64,000 nt of DNA from the human T2T-CHM13v2.0 reference genome, Homo sapiens: NCBI RefSeq assembly GCF_009914755.1, contig NC_060944.1. The stretch is one strand, 5' to 3'. The position numbers and the translations under genes are program-made. The notes under the pieces are model-generated. The model saw only the letters and a list, made by a program, of their open reading frames with translations, made no database searches and had not been told where the DNA came from. Positions 25,611 through 40,599 of the stretch are shown here, piece after piece. Every line of letters starts with the position of its first letter. Positions within the stretch are counted from its first letter, which is position 1.

Positions 25611-28011
25611 TGGGCCTTGGTTTCCCTGGCTACACGTAGGGGTGGGAGAAGGCAGTAAGTAGGGCTCTAACTCTGAAATGCAAGGGAAAGAGCCTCGCTG
25701 CCTACCCCAAAGAAAGCTAAGGTGGTTGACCAGCTTTTGATTGGAGGCTGAGCTCAGCCTGGCTGCCTGCTTTAAAACCTGGATGCTGGGGTAACGAGGT
25801 GGTCAACTCTCACTTTTCTCATCCATTAAAGTACTGATATTCACTTAAAACGGTTATAAGGGTTCAATATGGTATTTGGAATCGTTCCTGACGTACAGTA
25901 AGTGCTCAATAAATGAAGCTTACGGCTAGGGAGCATTATGCTTACGTTATCTCATTTAATTCTCAGAACAACTTGGGGAGGGAGGCATTATGACAGATGG
26001 GGAAACTGAGGCTCAGAGAGGCGAAACCCCTTGTTTCGTGAACCAAGCATCCATTCATCCCTGCATCCATGCTGAGCATTTGCTGAGCACTTACCATGCT
26101 CCAAGCTCATTGCTGACACAGACAGACTACCTCCCGCTGCCTTGGGGCTCAGGCTCCAGCAATTTGAATTTCCACCCCTCTGGCTCTCCCTGAGAGGGAC
26201 ACCTCCCCACTCCCTTGTAGTAGCTGGGGAGGATATAAGGGGAGGCCCACCCCGTGGACACCCTTGGGGTTCGGGTGCCTAATGATCCCCCTTCCCATCA
26301 ACAACTCATGTAAATTTCTTTCGTAATTACACTGAAAGCTATCAAACTATCTAATTTAATTTCTCTGCAAAAATAAATAGCTAAAGTGGCCCTAGGTACT
26401 GGCATAAATCCTTCAGGCAGAACAGTCTTAGATTGCTGCTTGTGCAGGCCTGACTGGCCACAATACACACTTAATAAGCACATATTTATTGGGCCCGTGC
26501 CCCCCTTTGGAAGAAGAGGCAGGGATTCTGTTGACTCAGCCAGAAGGAGAGGAAAGCGATTGGGGCCATGGTGGTAATGTGAGGAGGAGAGGAGGGAGCG
26601 GAGGGAAAATATGCTGGGTAATTAATTATCCGTCTTTGTACATCCATAACTTTTTATGCAAAACAAATATGCAAATGCTGCCTAACTGGTTGCCGCTGCC
26701 TAACTGGTTGCCTTCACCTGGGTCTGCCTCCAACATGAGTGTTAATGTGCAGTTGGGCCTGTGGGGAGGAGGCCTGTCTGCAAAGTGGGCCAGGGCTGGG
26801 TCAGTGTCTCCTCTCTCCCTCACTTGCTGTGGCTCCCCTGGTCCACTGGGCCCCGCATCATTACTCCAATGTGCTTACCCAAGGCCAGTGGGTTATGCCT
26901 TCTTAATATCACTCTTCAGCAGTCCCATCTCTCTTCCTGGATGCTATGGCTCAGCATCAGATGACATCCTTTTTTTCTGGCTTGTTTCTTCCTCTCCAAC
27001 CTCATTTCCTGTCCTTCTCCCTCTTGCCTGGAGTGCCCCCACCCAGGCTCGCTGCACCTCAGGCCCTTTGCACTGGCTTTATCTCTGGAATGCTGTGTTT
27101 GCAGGGTCAGCTCTTTCTTTTCATTCAAGTTTAAGGTCAATGTTGCCTTCCCCAACCACCCAGTTGAAAGTGCCCCTTTTGGTTTTTTGCTACCTTGTTT
27201 TGCTGTTTTTTTTTTCAATAGTACCTATTACTCTGATAATTTTCCTTTTTTATGTATTAGTTTTTCAAATTTCTTTTTCTCTCCCGCTGGAATGTAACTT
27301 CCGAGAGAACAGCCTTGTGTTATTTATTGCTGTATCCCCAGTGACTAGAACAATATGCATAGTTGGTCCTTGCAAAATGTGCATTACCTGAATGAATGAA
27401 TAAAGGGAAGAAGAGCTTCCTCACTCCCATTTTTGTTCCCCAGTCACTCTCTTCTATTTATGCCATTCAAGATAATCTTAAAAACACGAATCCTACTGTG
27501 GACAACCTTCCCTGACTCCTTAGTTCTTTGGAATAATATCCAAGTTCCTTTTCCTGCCCCTTTTTGACCTGGCCTCTGTTCACCTCTCCAGCACTCTCTC
27601 TATCCACCTCAGTTCCCTTCATCCTACACACACATTGGCCTTCACACGAAGCACCAGGCTTCCAGCCCTGCACAAATTGTTCTGGTTGCCAAATTCTCTT
27701 TCATACCCTTCTTTGCTTGGTCAACTCCACCTTGTCTTTTGTGTCTCAGTCAGGCATTACCTCCTCCAGGAAGCCCTCCTGTGTAACCTCCTTTTTGCCT
27801 TTCTCCGTTGTGACACTTTCCACTTTGCCTTCTTACCTTTCTGTTACCTTTTGTAGATGGAGAGCTTCAGGAAGGCAGGAATGGTATCTAGTTTCTCATC
27901 ATTTAGGCAACAATTGCAGAACTGGAATATGAACCAGATTCTGAATTAAGAAGATAGGTTCTGGAGCCAGCCTGCCTGGATTCATATGCCAACTCTGCTA
28001 TTTACCGGCCA

Positions 28012-28685
<674 letters not shown>

Positions 28686-28737
28686 AGTAATCATGGGGAA
28701 GTTACTAGATCTTTCTGTGTGTCAGTTTCTGTATCTA

Positions 28738-29176
<439 letters not shown>

Positions 29177-31287
29177 TTATATTCTCAGGACCTAGGAGGT
29201 GCTTAATAAGTGTTGAGCAGAAATAAACATGATCAGATAGTAGTTACTGTTTACTCCTCCCTCGACATGAAGGTCCCGCTTCTCCAGATGGCATTCAAGG
29301 CCCATTATGACTCCCTGACCTCGGCCAGTTTCATGGCTGTGGTGCTGGACACTGTTCAGCCCGCCATATCTCATTTCATTCTTATCATAGAGCTACCCTA
29401 TGAGGTTGGAACTGTTTCACAAACGTAGAGACCTGGCTTCAGAGAGGTTAAGTAACTTGCTCAAGGTCACACAGTGAGAACAAGGTTAAGCTAAGATTTG
29501 AATCCAGGAATGTCTAGCTTCTGGTTCAGCTTATTTGCACGTCCTCAGTGCCTCCCAAGGGCCTGGCATAAGTAGGAAGTGGGTACATGGCCACTGAATG
29601 ACCAACTGCTTGCCCTGGGTGAATATTAGTCCCCCCATCTCCCGCATTTGTCAGGGAAAAAAACAACAAAAAAGCTCACCCCTGCCGAGAGATTTTGGAG
29701 AGCAATGCTTAACCCAGAGGACCGACCCGCCAATGGGGGCCTGGGGCATATGCCCAGGGGCCCTGCTCAGTGGCCTGCTTTAATGCAGGGGGAGGAAGAG
29801 GCAGTGGGAGCCAGCAGGGAGAGCTGCCCATTAGCCCTAATTAGCAGCCCGTTTGGAAAAGAGCTTGGGCAGAAATTAAGATGCTGTCAGTGGGTCCCAG
29901 CTGGGTCGTAGCAGATTGGCAGCTGCAACATTTCCAGAGCCTGAGCTTGAAACACCCAGCTGGGAAAGCCTCTCTGCCTGTTTCCACCTGGACCCAGCGG
30001 CCCCTGGGAGACAGCCAGACCCTCTTCCAGCCAGACAGTGGTCACCAAGACACCCCCACCCCCTACCATGCGTGCAGAGCACTCACAAAGCCCCCACTCC
30101 TTGGTTGTCTCTGTGGGGCCTCCTACACTCCTGCAAGATGGAACTTCTATACCTGTTTTGCAGAAGAAGAAACAGAGGTCATGAGAGCTTTACTGCTGTG
30201 CCCAAGACCCACAGTTAGGAAATGGCAGAGTTTCGGGGGAACCCTTGGCCCAGTGCCCTAAGCCCAAGGCTTGGGGATGGGAAGAGGAGGCCCCAGAAGG
30301 ATCCTGACTAGGGCTGGGATAGGCGGTTAGCAGGAGGACAGGGGAAAGTGCCTAGGCCCCAAGTCACCATCATTGACTCCATCCCCTTACCCCAACCCAG
30401 GGGAGGGAAGAGTGCCACCAGTGCCACCTCTTCTGCGGGAAGAAACAAGTTATGCCATAGAGGTGGGCCGGGTGGAGGGGGAAATAGAAGTGGAAGAACA
30501 GGAAAACCAAACGTCAGGAAGGACCCAGCCTGCCTCCCAAATCTTCACTTCCTCTCTTAAAGTGCTAAGAATAAACTAGGATTTAAAATCAAGCTAAAAA
30601 TAAAAAAAAATCACAAAACCCTAAAGCTGCCTTCCAAGAAACCAAAGGCAGTGATTCGGGCAGCAGACATGCTGTGGGAAAGCCTTGCTGGACGGCAGGC
30701 AGGGCTGTGCAGTGGGAGGTGGGCCAAGGGGGCCAGGGTCCAAGGGGGCCCGCTTCGGGCTGTCAGTGTTGTTATTCATAATAACAACAGGTCAGGTGTC
30801 CTGGGTTTATGACACACCAGCTACTTGCTGGGTGCTTTGTAGAGATTAACTCTTTAATCCTTGCAATTAACCTCCTAGGGGTGGGTCCATATCAGTTCTT
30901 GTTTCATAGTTGAAGAAATAGGTGCAGGGGGTGAAAGGGCCTGTGCAGGTGGAGGAGAGAGATTTCCACTACAAATCTGTCCATCTCCAGAAGGTTGTGT
31001 GTGTCTCAGCTACACCAGACTGAGATGGGGGGATGCTGCCAGCTATGAGGGAGTCCATCATTTTTACCTCAAAGTATGACTTAGATCTTTTACTTTGAAT
31101 AAGTTTTGAAAGCAGAGCAGAGAGAGAACAGGCAGATATTGACTGCCTGGGAGGCAGCGAGGAAGAATCACTTCCTGGAGGGGAGACTGGGGTCTCATAG
31201 GAGACCAACGCCTGACTCATCACAGATCTGGTTTTGGTGGAAATTTACCCCAACCTTGGGCCATCTTTCATCCCCCTAGACCTTGAC

Positions 31288-31510
31288 CAGGGGTTGACAT
31301 TGACAAAGTCCCACCTATGGGCTGCACCTTGCCTATTTTGCCAATAAAGTTTTATTGGAACACAGCACATCCACATCCACTTTTACTTCTTGTCTGTGGC
31401 TGCTTTCATGCTATGGTGACAGATGCATAGTTACCAGAGACTGTGTGGCTCTCAAAGCTGGAAAATACTCACTCTCTTGCCCTTTGCAGAAAAAGTTTGC
31501 TGATCCAGAT
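31288..31510. mobile_element. MER58A (hAT-Charlie)
   Basis: aataaagttttattggaacacagc...tgtctgtggctgctttcatgcta...ccctttgcagaaaaagtttgctgatcc. Confidence 0.82.
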
Positions 31511-31934
31511 CCTAGATGACATAATCATCCCTTTAAGATTTCAGAATCCTAGAACATCAGAGCCAAAGCATTCACACAGAATATACTGTCCAGCTGGGGC
31601 ACAGGGAGGGGAAGGGACTTGCCCAAGGACACACAGCAAATAGTGAAAGAACCAAGCAGAGAGTCTTCAGCTCTTGCATTGGACTGATGCAGTGGCCAGG
31701 CGGGCGACCTTGAGGAAACCCTGACAGCATCAATGCTAGTGCTGACAAGTGTGTGGTTTGCACGTCCCTGACAATCCCTACATGGCATTAAATAACACTG
31801 AACTGTCACCTAGTGAGAAATGTGGTTCCTCCTCAGTCCTCTTTCAGTCTTTCGATTATGTCAAAGGGAAAGTTGGGTTTGGGGATCGCATGTCTTTATC
31901 ACTTCTCTAATACTCAGTAATCTTCCTCTGTAAT

Positions 31935-32220
31935 AAAGAGAGTATAGACCCAGACTGAAGCCTTCTGCAGGCAATGTTATCAGACCCGGCATCAGTAGCC
32001 CTGTTTAGTGTGCTTATTTTTACATCACCGTCTATGTTCTGTGTTACTGTTTTTCCACTTAATGTACTGATGGAAGTTTTGCTTTCAAAATAAAACTAAG
32101 CTTAAAAAGGAGGTTGTTGGGGGAAGAAAAACATTAAGTAAATAATAGTTCAGGTTGTACTTGGATAGAGCAGAAATCATGAATATGGTATTTGAATGGC
32201 TGAGACAGGGAAAACACCGA
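31935..32220. mobile_element. MER113-like hAT remnant
   Basis: ttaagtaaataatagttcaggttgtacttggatagagcagaaatcatgaa...gaatggctgagacagggaaaacac; a similar end occurs at 16230-16320. Confidence 0.5.
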
Positions 32221-33820
32221 TCGATTCCATAATGTTTCCAGAACTGCAGTTCCAAGGTTCCGTGATTTAAGAGCAGAACTTGGTCTCAGAGCAAGGGTAG
32301 GGCTGCCAACCCGGTGGTGCAGGCTGCCCACTGCACAAAGCCTCCAGGCCCTCATCTGGATGACGAGTGACTTCTAATTCACATGAAGATGTGCTATGGG
32401 CTAGCAGGCTCTCCAGCCAGGTGCCCTCATCTCTGCCTTCTGACTTGAGGTACAGATCCCATGGGATGGGGACATCTTGGAGGCAGCCAGGTGATTGGCA
32501 GAGGTCAGAGAATAGAGGTCACTGAGATAGGGGTGCTCCCTGTTGCCATCTGGTCACCCTGCCTGCAGTGAGGCTGCTCCTATCCCAAGCTGCTGCATGA
32601 CAATGCTGACCTTGGTGGCATGGGCTGTGAACAGCCTTCCATAGGACCAGGCCCTGCAGACAGATCAACCTGGATTAGAGGGCTGCCTCTGCCACATGCT
32701 CACTGTGTGACCTTAGGCAGCTTGTCTCCCACCTCTCTGAGCCTCAGTTTCCACAACTGTGCAACAGAGCTCCTTAGTGATTGGACCTGACCCCCAGGGT
32801 TGTCCTGAGGATGTGCATTCAGTGGCACAGGGAATGAGTGACACACGGTGAGGGCTGAATAAACGGCAGGTAGGCTGAGCATTCCCCATCCTGAGAGGGA
32901 CCCTCTGGAAGTGTCACGGGGTGGTCAGCTCTCCCAGAGGTCACGGCTGGGTCTGCATGAAGCTGGTGGCTGCAGAGAGGCCAGGCTGACTCCCGCAGCC
33001 ACTGCCAGGCTGAGTTGATGGCAACTGGCTCTCCAGCTGCCAGGCAGCTCTTGACATTTTTATAGGCAGATCACAGGTAATGAGCTTTCCCTCCAGAACC
33101 TAGGGACATTCTGGAAAATTGTGTTCGGATTGAAGTGGGATGCGAGTGGGGAGAGCAGGTCCAGGAGGTGAGAGACTCTCCTTGCCTCTGCCTGCCTCCA
33201 TTCCTACCCTCATCCCCACTGCAAAGGGGAGAATCGACCAAAACCATCTAGCCACATGGGGGCCCAGACCCCTAGGGATGGTGCGGGAGGCAGATTTCTC
33301 TTCCCTTTTGGCATTCCTTTGTGCTGAGCTCTGTGGTCTCAGAGGCAGATTCCCTGGCATTACAGAGGGGCAGTGACTGTGCTCCAAAGGCCTCCTTTCT
33401 TCCTTCCATGTGTGCATCCTGCATCACGTGTGCATCCACCATTCCCCCACCCGCCCTCCGACACATCAACAGATGTTTATGGAGCCCTCTCCTTGGCTAT
33501 GCATTGCACTGTGTAAGGCCCTGAGGACAGGGTGGTAGACAGGACCAAGAAGAGGTGTCCATCCTTCCCAAGAACATTCACTCACTCATTCATTTACTCA
33601 ACAGATGTTTACTGTGCTTCTGTTATGTGCCAGCCACCATGGCTAGTGGCTATACAATGATGATCAAGAAATATAAGGTTCCTCTACTCAGGGGCATCAG
33701 GAGGATGCCCCTCCAGCCTTCAGGATGGGCACTGATGGGTACTCCTGAGAATAAAGGTGATGGAGCCCTAAGGCTGGTGATGAGTGCTTACGGTGCCCCC
33801 AAAGTCATCACTGATGACTT

Positions 33821-33940
33821 TCATCAGTGATGGTATCCTTTCAGCAATATTGGTATCCTTTCAGCAATATTGGTATCCTTTCAACGATGATAGTATCCTT
33901 TCATCAATGATAGCATCCTTTCATCGATGATGGTATCCTT
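33821..33940. repeat. 20-bp minisatellite x6
   Basis: tcatcagtgatggtatcctt / tcagcaatattggtatcctt x2 / tcaacgatgatagtatcctt / tcatcaatgatagcatcctt / tcatcgatgatggtatcctt. Confidence 0.95.
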
Positions 33941-35829
33941 GACGTATTAGTGTTAAGTATTGATATGCTTCAAGCACATCAGTTACAGACACTGTCACTC
34001 CTAGGGCATCAAGGATGGGTGCTAGTGGGTAGAAACCTTTTGCTTCTGTGGGAGATCTTGGTTCATCCTCCACATTTGGCCTTTCTTCTTCCACTCAAAG
34101 CTCTTGCAGGCAGACAGACCTATGGTGGACTCTGTGGCCCAAGACATTATATGATGGTGGCCGTCCCACAGCCTCCCCCACTGAAAGGGCTGGCTTCCCA
34201 CTGGAGGCCAATTTATTCTTTTGCCTGGGCTTCTCTCTGCAGCTAGAATGTCATTTTCCACAAAACCCTCTTTCTTGTAATTACTGAGAATTACTCATGA
34301 AGAGAGAGAGGAGAGAGAGAGTGTGTGTGGGTATTGATTGCCACCCTGAGAAGCTCAGGAATCATTTAGAGTAGATTAACCTAACTTTCTTTTGCCTTTT
34401 GGGAAGTTGGACTCTGACTTATTTGAGGAGATTAATCAGCTCATAAGAAATCTGGACAGCCTTCCTACCTCTTCTATCTCTTTTTGGATTAGCTGGGGCC
34501 ATGTCATTTTCACCATGCCTTCGAAATATCCTTTTCCTCACTCTCTAGCACTCCGTCTACATTTTCACTATTATTGCCCAGTCCATTTAGTTCAGCAGGA
34601 TTCTCTGTAGCTCCTCTTTTGGGGAATGGGTGGAGGCGTCCCTGGCTGCCATTAGATTACCCTGATAGCCTTGTTGCCTGGATCTTGGGTGGGCACAACT
34701 TCAGGGAGGGCTGGGCCACTACAGGCAAGTCTCCTGCATCCAAGCCCGGGGTCTCTGCAGCTGTCACGTAGGAAGAGTCCAACCATTCCATTCTAAAATG
34801 CAGTATTTTCCAGAGTCTTTTCTGCGAGGTTTGCACATTGATTCTGCAGATGCTAATCCTATCCATCCAGTCTTCCGGACTTCCAGGTGCTGCTCATCCA
34901 TCCCCTCCTCTTCCCTTGCAGGAAGCTATCCCAGACTAAGCACTAGTCCTGCTTACTGAGGCAGAGAGGATGGGAAATGAGAGGAGAGAAAGGAAGCCTG
35001 AGAGGGGAAAGGGAGAAGAGAAAAGGTGGTGAGTGGCCCCGGGGAAGGAGTCAGCATTTGCCTGACTCTGCGACACATTTTGTGGAGTGCAAAAAGGGCA
35101 GGTTCCGGAGCCAGACAGACTTGGGGTTAAATCTCAGCTCTACTCCTTCCTAGCTTGGTGACCTTGGGCAAGTCACTTTACCTCTCTGAGATTTCATTGT
35201 TCACATGGGATGATAACAGTTCCTAGCTCACATTACCATTGCCAAATGAGATCTTGTATGTGACATGCTGAAAGCAAGGCCTGGCGCTTAGTGGGTGTGC
35301 CATTGACAGCAGGTGGATATCGCCAGGCCCCAAACATGGGGGACTCCCAATGAATCTTCTGTAAAGACTTGATGTATGATACGGAACTTCATCCTTGGGA
35401 GCCTCTACTCCTCTTCCTCATCCCCCTGTCTCCAGGTAGCTGCAGAAGGAGCAGCCAGGATACCCGGGTCTTTGGCAGGTGAGGCCCAGATTCTCAGCTC
35501 CTGGGAAGCTGAGAATATTGCAGGTCCTTGCTGCTGCTTCTCTCCTCTTCCAGGAAAAAGTTTGAAGTCAAATGGGTCCCGAGGTGGAATATTTTCCAAA
35601 TGTCAGTGCAGTCTGTGGTACATTACAGCTAAATGTGATCATCTCAGTGCTGGGCTCTGAATGTCAGCGCACTGGCCGTGATGGAGTGACAAATAGCAGG
35701 TTGACAGGTGGGGCTGTGGCCCCCCCCCCTTCCCCTGGGAAATCAGCCTGGGGAACTGGGCCATCTCTGGGTTCAGCAGGTGAGGACCATGGGCCTCTGT
35801 GGGGACACGGAGTGGGCTTTGAGGGGTCC

Positions 35830-36219
35830 TGTGCGTGTGATGTGTGCATGCATGTGTGCACATGTGGCAATGTCTCTGTGCCTGTACACTTCCTCTTCGG
35901 TGTGCACAAAGGCTCAGACACCCTGGGAGGGAGTTCACTAAGCACAGCTGGAGATCTGTGTGTGGCTGTTGTATGTGTGTTCTTCATCTCCATCTCCATC
36001 ATGTTCTCCGTGAGTCTACACTCATTAGTAGAACTGCTTGCATGGTGTACACACATTTTCACTAACTGACCGTGAGACTGCGTGTACCTGTATAGATAGA
36101 CACCATCTATCTCTTGCAGTCTTTTCTATGGCGTACATGTGTGTACATGATCTTCCTGTGCCCATATGTGTAGTTGTGTGTGTGGACAATTGTGTATGGT
36201 TCTGTGAATAGTATTTGAT

Positions 36220-36256
<37 letters not shown>

Positions 36257-36905
36257 TTGTCTAGGTTTATAAATTCCATCTCAACAGCAAAGGTGGAAGG
36301 GGAAACTGGAGTTGGGAGAAGGCTCTCTGCCTCATTGCCCTTGTGGTGGGGCATTTTGATGGTTGCCTGCTCTGTGGGGCCTGTGATTGGCTGGGTGGGA
36401 TGGGGATTAAATTGCCTCCAATTACCAGAGAGTAAGCAGTGAGCTGTGAGGCCAGGGGGATGGTGCATGGATGCCAGGATCTGACAACCACAACGGGATT
36501 AAGAAGCCCTGTGTATGCAAGCGGCCTCATGTATCTGTGTGAGGCTGCGTGCTCGTGAATGCCTGTGACTGTGTGTTTTGCATCTTTGTGGGCGGGTGTA
36601 TTTGCCCATGAGAATGCAAACAAGCATGTCTGTGTTGTGTGTGTGATTATGAGAACGCAGATGTGTCCCTGTGCATCCTTCTATGTGGCTGTCATTGTGC
36701 CTGCGTGGGTGTGCTAGCATGCATCTGTGTGTCTGGGAATGTGTGTGAGTTGTGGTCTGCGTCAATGCATATCTCCATGTCTGTGAGCATGTGTGTCTAT
36801 GTATATGACTCTGCATGTGTCTTTGTGTGTGAGGGTTCTGCTTTGAGTGTGTGTGTCCTTGTGTGAGACTTCACATATATACGTGGGTCTCTGGTTTTCT
36901 CTGAG

Positions 36906-36939
<34 letters not shown>

Positions 36940-36940
36940 T
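35830..36940. repeat. TG-rich low-complexity region with (TG)16 at 36224-36255 and (TG)15 at 36909-36938
   Basis: Direct inspection. Confidence 0.85.
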
Positions 36941-37155
36941 TAAATGTGAGGGTCTCAGTGAATCAGTGGTTAGGAGGGAAGAGGTAGGGAGAAAACTGTT
37001 CTCCATCCCATCCCCATCCCAGCTGGTGATCAGAATTCCAAGGCCTCCTCCCTCTGACCACACCTGAGTACAAGCTTCCACAAAAAATGGGAAGACTCCC
37101 CATTAGGGAGCCTGATGAGGGGTCTGTGAGCTGGTGCTGAGCCTGGAATGGGGAA

Positions 37156-37905
<750 letters not shown>

Positions 37906-39109
37906 GGGGATGTGAAGTGCTCAAGGGCTTCTCCTCCCACTGCCCTTCTGCTCCCTATGGACCCATTTCACAGATGTGTGTGTTGTGATCAGCGGTGGCC
38001 TCCTCTTCGCTCCGTCTGCTCTGAAGCACTCCTCCCTAGAGGCCTCAGTTTAGTAGCCTCCTTTGGGAGACCTTTCAGATAACCCCACCCCTGTCCCTCT
38101 CCCAGCCCTTCCCTGTCCCCGGATCTCACCTTCCTTCAAGCTGTCCTGGCAAGGCCAGGCTTTATCACCTTCTCAAAAGTAAGTACATTTTCTCCCCATT
38201 TTTCTCTTCTCTCTGCATAGCTCTGTGTCCTTGCATACAGGAGGTGCCCACTAAAGGTCTCAGTGAGGATTCCCAGGTTTCCAACCTCTTCCTGGGCTTG
38301 GGATGGGAAAGAGGATTTGTCCTCACCCCTCCTTCCCCCTACACCATGCCACCTCTTCCATGTCCTAACAGCTGCTGTTTATTTTGTTCTTACTGTATGC
38401 CAGGGCTAAGCTAGGTGCTTTAGTGGGGGACCACTTCCTCCTCTGAACAACTCTATGGGGTAGCTGCTATTTTGGCTTCATTTTCCAAAGGGGAAATGGA
38501 ATCACAGGGAGGATAAATAAATGGTCTAAGATCACACCTTAAAATTCACAAATGCCAGATCAGGAAGGAGCTTTAGGAATCTGTTAGGTTACCCCTCTCA
38601 GCTGCCCCTATTTCACAGCTGGAGAAACGGAGGTCCAAGTGGCTCTTCTCCCTCCACCTGCCTCTGGTGCTCCACAGGGCTCACCCCTGACTGTCGGATC
38701 CCATCGTTTTACACACTGTCCCTGTGCCTCCTACTCTTGCAGCTTCAGCTTTCCTGAAGACACCAGTGAGTAGAAAGACCACTTTAGTCTCCGCTCCTCC
38801 TCCTGAGCTCCAGCCCTGCATTTCCACATCTTGTGCATGTGGCCTGCAGGCCCCTCAAACTCAGCATGTCTAAAATCAAACTGATCTCTCCTGACCTCAG
38901 AACCAAGGCTTCTCCTGGATTCTCTGGCTCATTACCAGCTTTGCCGCCCTTGTCACTCAAAGGCTGAAGCCTTTGACCTCCTCTACCCACCATCCCCACA
39001 CGCGGTCAATTGCCAACTCCTGCTGGCTCTTTCTTCTAAACTATTTCTCAGATCCACTGACCCAGTTTAAGCCTCAATGTCTCTCTCTGAGGGTCCTGTG
39101 TCAGCCTTT

Positions 39110-39580
39110 CATATCAGCTAGAATGAGGTTTGGCTGCTTGAGACAAAAGACCAAAGTGACAGAGACTTTGACAAGTTGGAAGTTTATTTGTCTCTTATGT
39201 GAGCCAAGTCTGGAGATGGGAGAGGTTCAGGGCTGGTATGGTAGCTCTATGAGGTTGATAAGAACCAAGTCCATCCATAGGGTATGACCTTTGTCCTCAT
39301 GGCTCAAGGTGGCTGCTTGAGCTCCAGCCATCTCAGCTGTGTTCAGCCAGCAGAAAGAAGAAAGGGACAGTAAAAAAGAGGCAAAGGGCATGAGTCAGCA
39401 GCCTTTTAAAGAGGTGTCCCAGAAGCTGCTACATGACAATTCTTCTAAGGTTGTATTGGCTGGGACTCAGTTCATGCACAGTTCATACACAGCTGTGAAG
39501 GAAGCTGGAAAATGTGGCCCTTGTAATAGAAGGCCATGTGCTTGGTTAAAATTTGGGGCTTCTCTGATTAAGGAAGAAAG
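39110..39580 (-). mobile_element. Old MLT1 (J/K-like) LTR
   Basis: ggtttggctgc...gtttatttgtctcttatgtg...caaggtggctgcttgagctccagccatc...ttggctgggactcagttcatg. Confidence 0.6.
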
Positions 39581-39691
39581 TGAGACTGTGACCTCCTCCC
39601 TTCCTCACTGGTCTCCCTCTCATTTCTTTCATCCTCTAATCCAGCTTGGGCAAGTAGCCAGGATAATCTTTCTAAAATGCAAATCTATACA

Positions 39692-39884
39692 TAGGGTTGC
39701 CAGATTTAGCAAATAAAAATACAAAATTCCCAGTTAAATGTAAATTCCAGATAAGTAATATATAAGTAATTTTGCATAAGTATGTCCTGTGCAATACTTA
39801 GAATACTAATACTAGAAAAATTATTTTTTATTTATCTGAAATTTGCATTTAACTGGGCACCCTGCAATTTATCTGTCCAGCCTA
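39692..39884. mobile_element. MER53 palindromic hAT MITE, near full length
   Basis: tagggttgccagatttagcaaataaaaatac...ataagtatgtcctgtgcaatacttag...tttaactgggcaccctgcaatttatctgtccagccta. Confidence 0.88.
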
Positions 39885-40599
39885 TCCATATACTTTTCAT
39901 GGTTCCCCACTGTTGTCAGAAAAAGACCCGAGCTCTCTGGAAGGCTTTGCTGGGCCCTTTGCAATCTGTCCCCCAACTGACCTGTCTAGGTCCTTGTTCC
40001 CTGAACAAGCCCTGCACTGCTTCCGCTGTCTCCAAGCCCCCCGAACCTTTGCTTAAGCTCTTTTCCTGGGAGACTGTCCTTCTCTATCTGAGAAGGCCCA
40101 TGCACCCAGAGGGAACATGGCCCCTGTGGCTCTAGATTCCTGGGGACATGGCAGGGACGAGTGATTATTTGCTGAATGAATGAAATGATGGGTCCAGGGA
40201 CACGCGCAAATGAGAGGCAAGGTTGGAGTGGCTCCCTCACATTATGACTCCCTGTACAGTGCTCTCTGCACCCAGGTTGGCTCATGTGGGCCCAGCACTG
40301 GGATCTCTGTCCCTGGGGCCTTCATTTTCCACAATCCCACGTCTGGGCATGGCACCCCCCCAGCACACAAGGGGTTAAGCCAGCCTTGGAGTTGGGAGCT
40401 GGAGCCCATGGAGTCCTTCCTGACAATAAAGCTAATGAATCCCTCCTTGCTGTTTTCTCTTGCACAATAACATTTAATCATCATTTGCACAGCAGATGAG
40501 AAGTTTGCAGCAGATGCAATTCTGCGTGACTGGCGATTTCTGCGTGTGGGCATCATTCTTGCTGTCCCCAGCACACCTGACTATCTGGGGTTGGGCAGG

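Noticed and set aside
26489-27391. 300-aa ORF, the longest in the track
   Set aside because: TTG start, runs from an enhancer-like segment into pyrimidine-rich L2-like DNA; the hydrophobic stretch reflects T-richness, with no domain or codon pattern
30594-30603. MEF2 consensus CTAAAAATAA
   Set aside because: Isolated motif in an A-rich run; expected by chance
33821-33940. CRISPR-like periodicity
   Set aside because: Eukaryotic DNA; 20-bp tandem units without unique spacers; no cas genes
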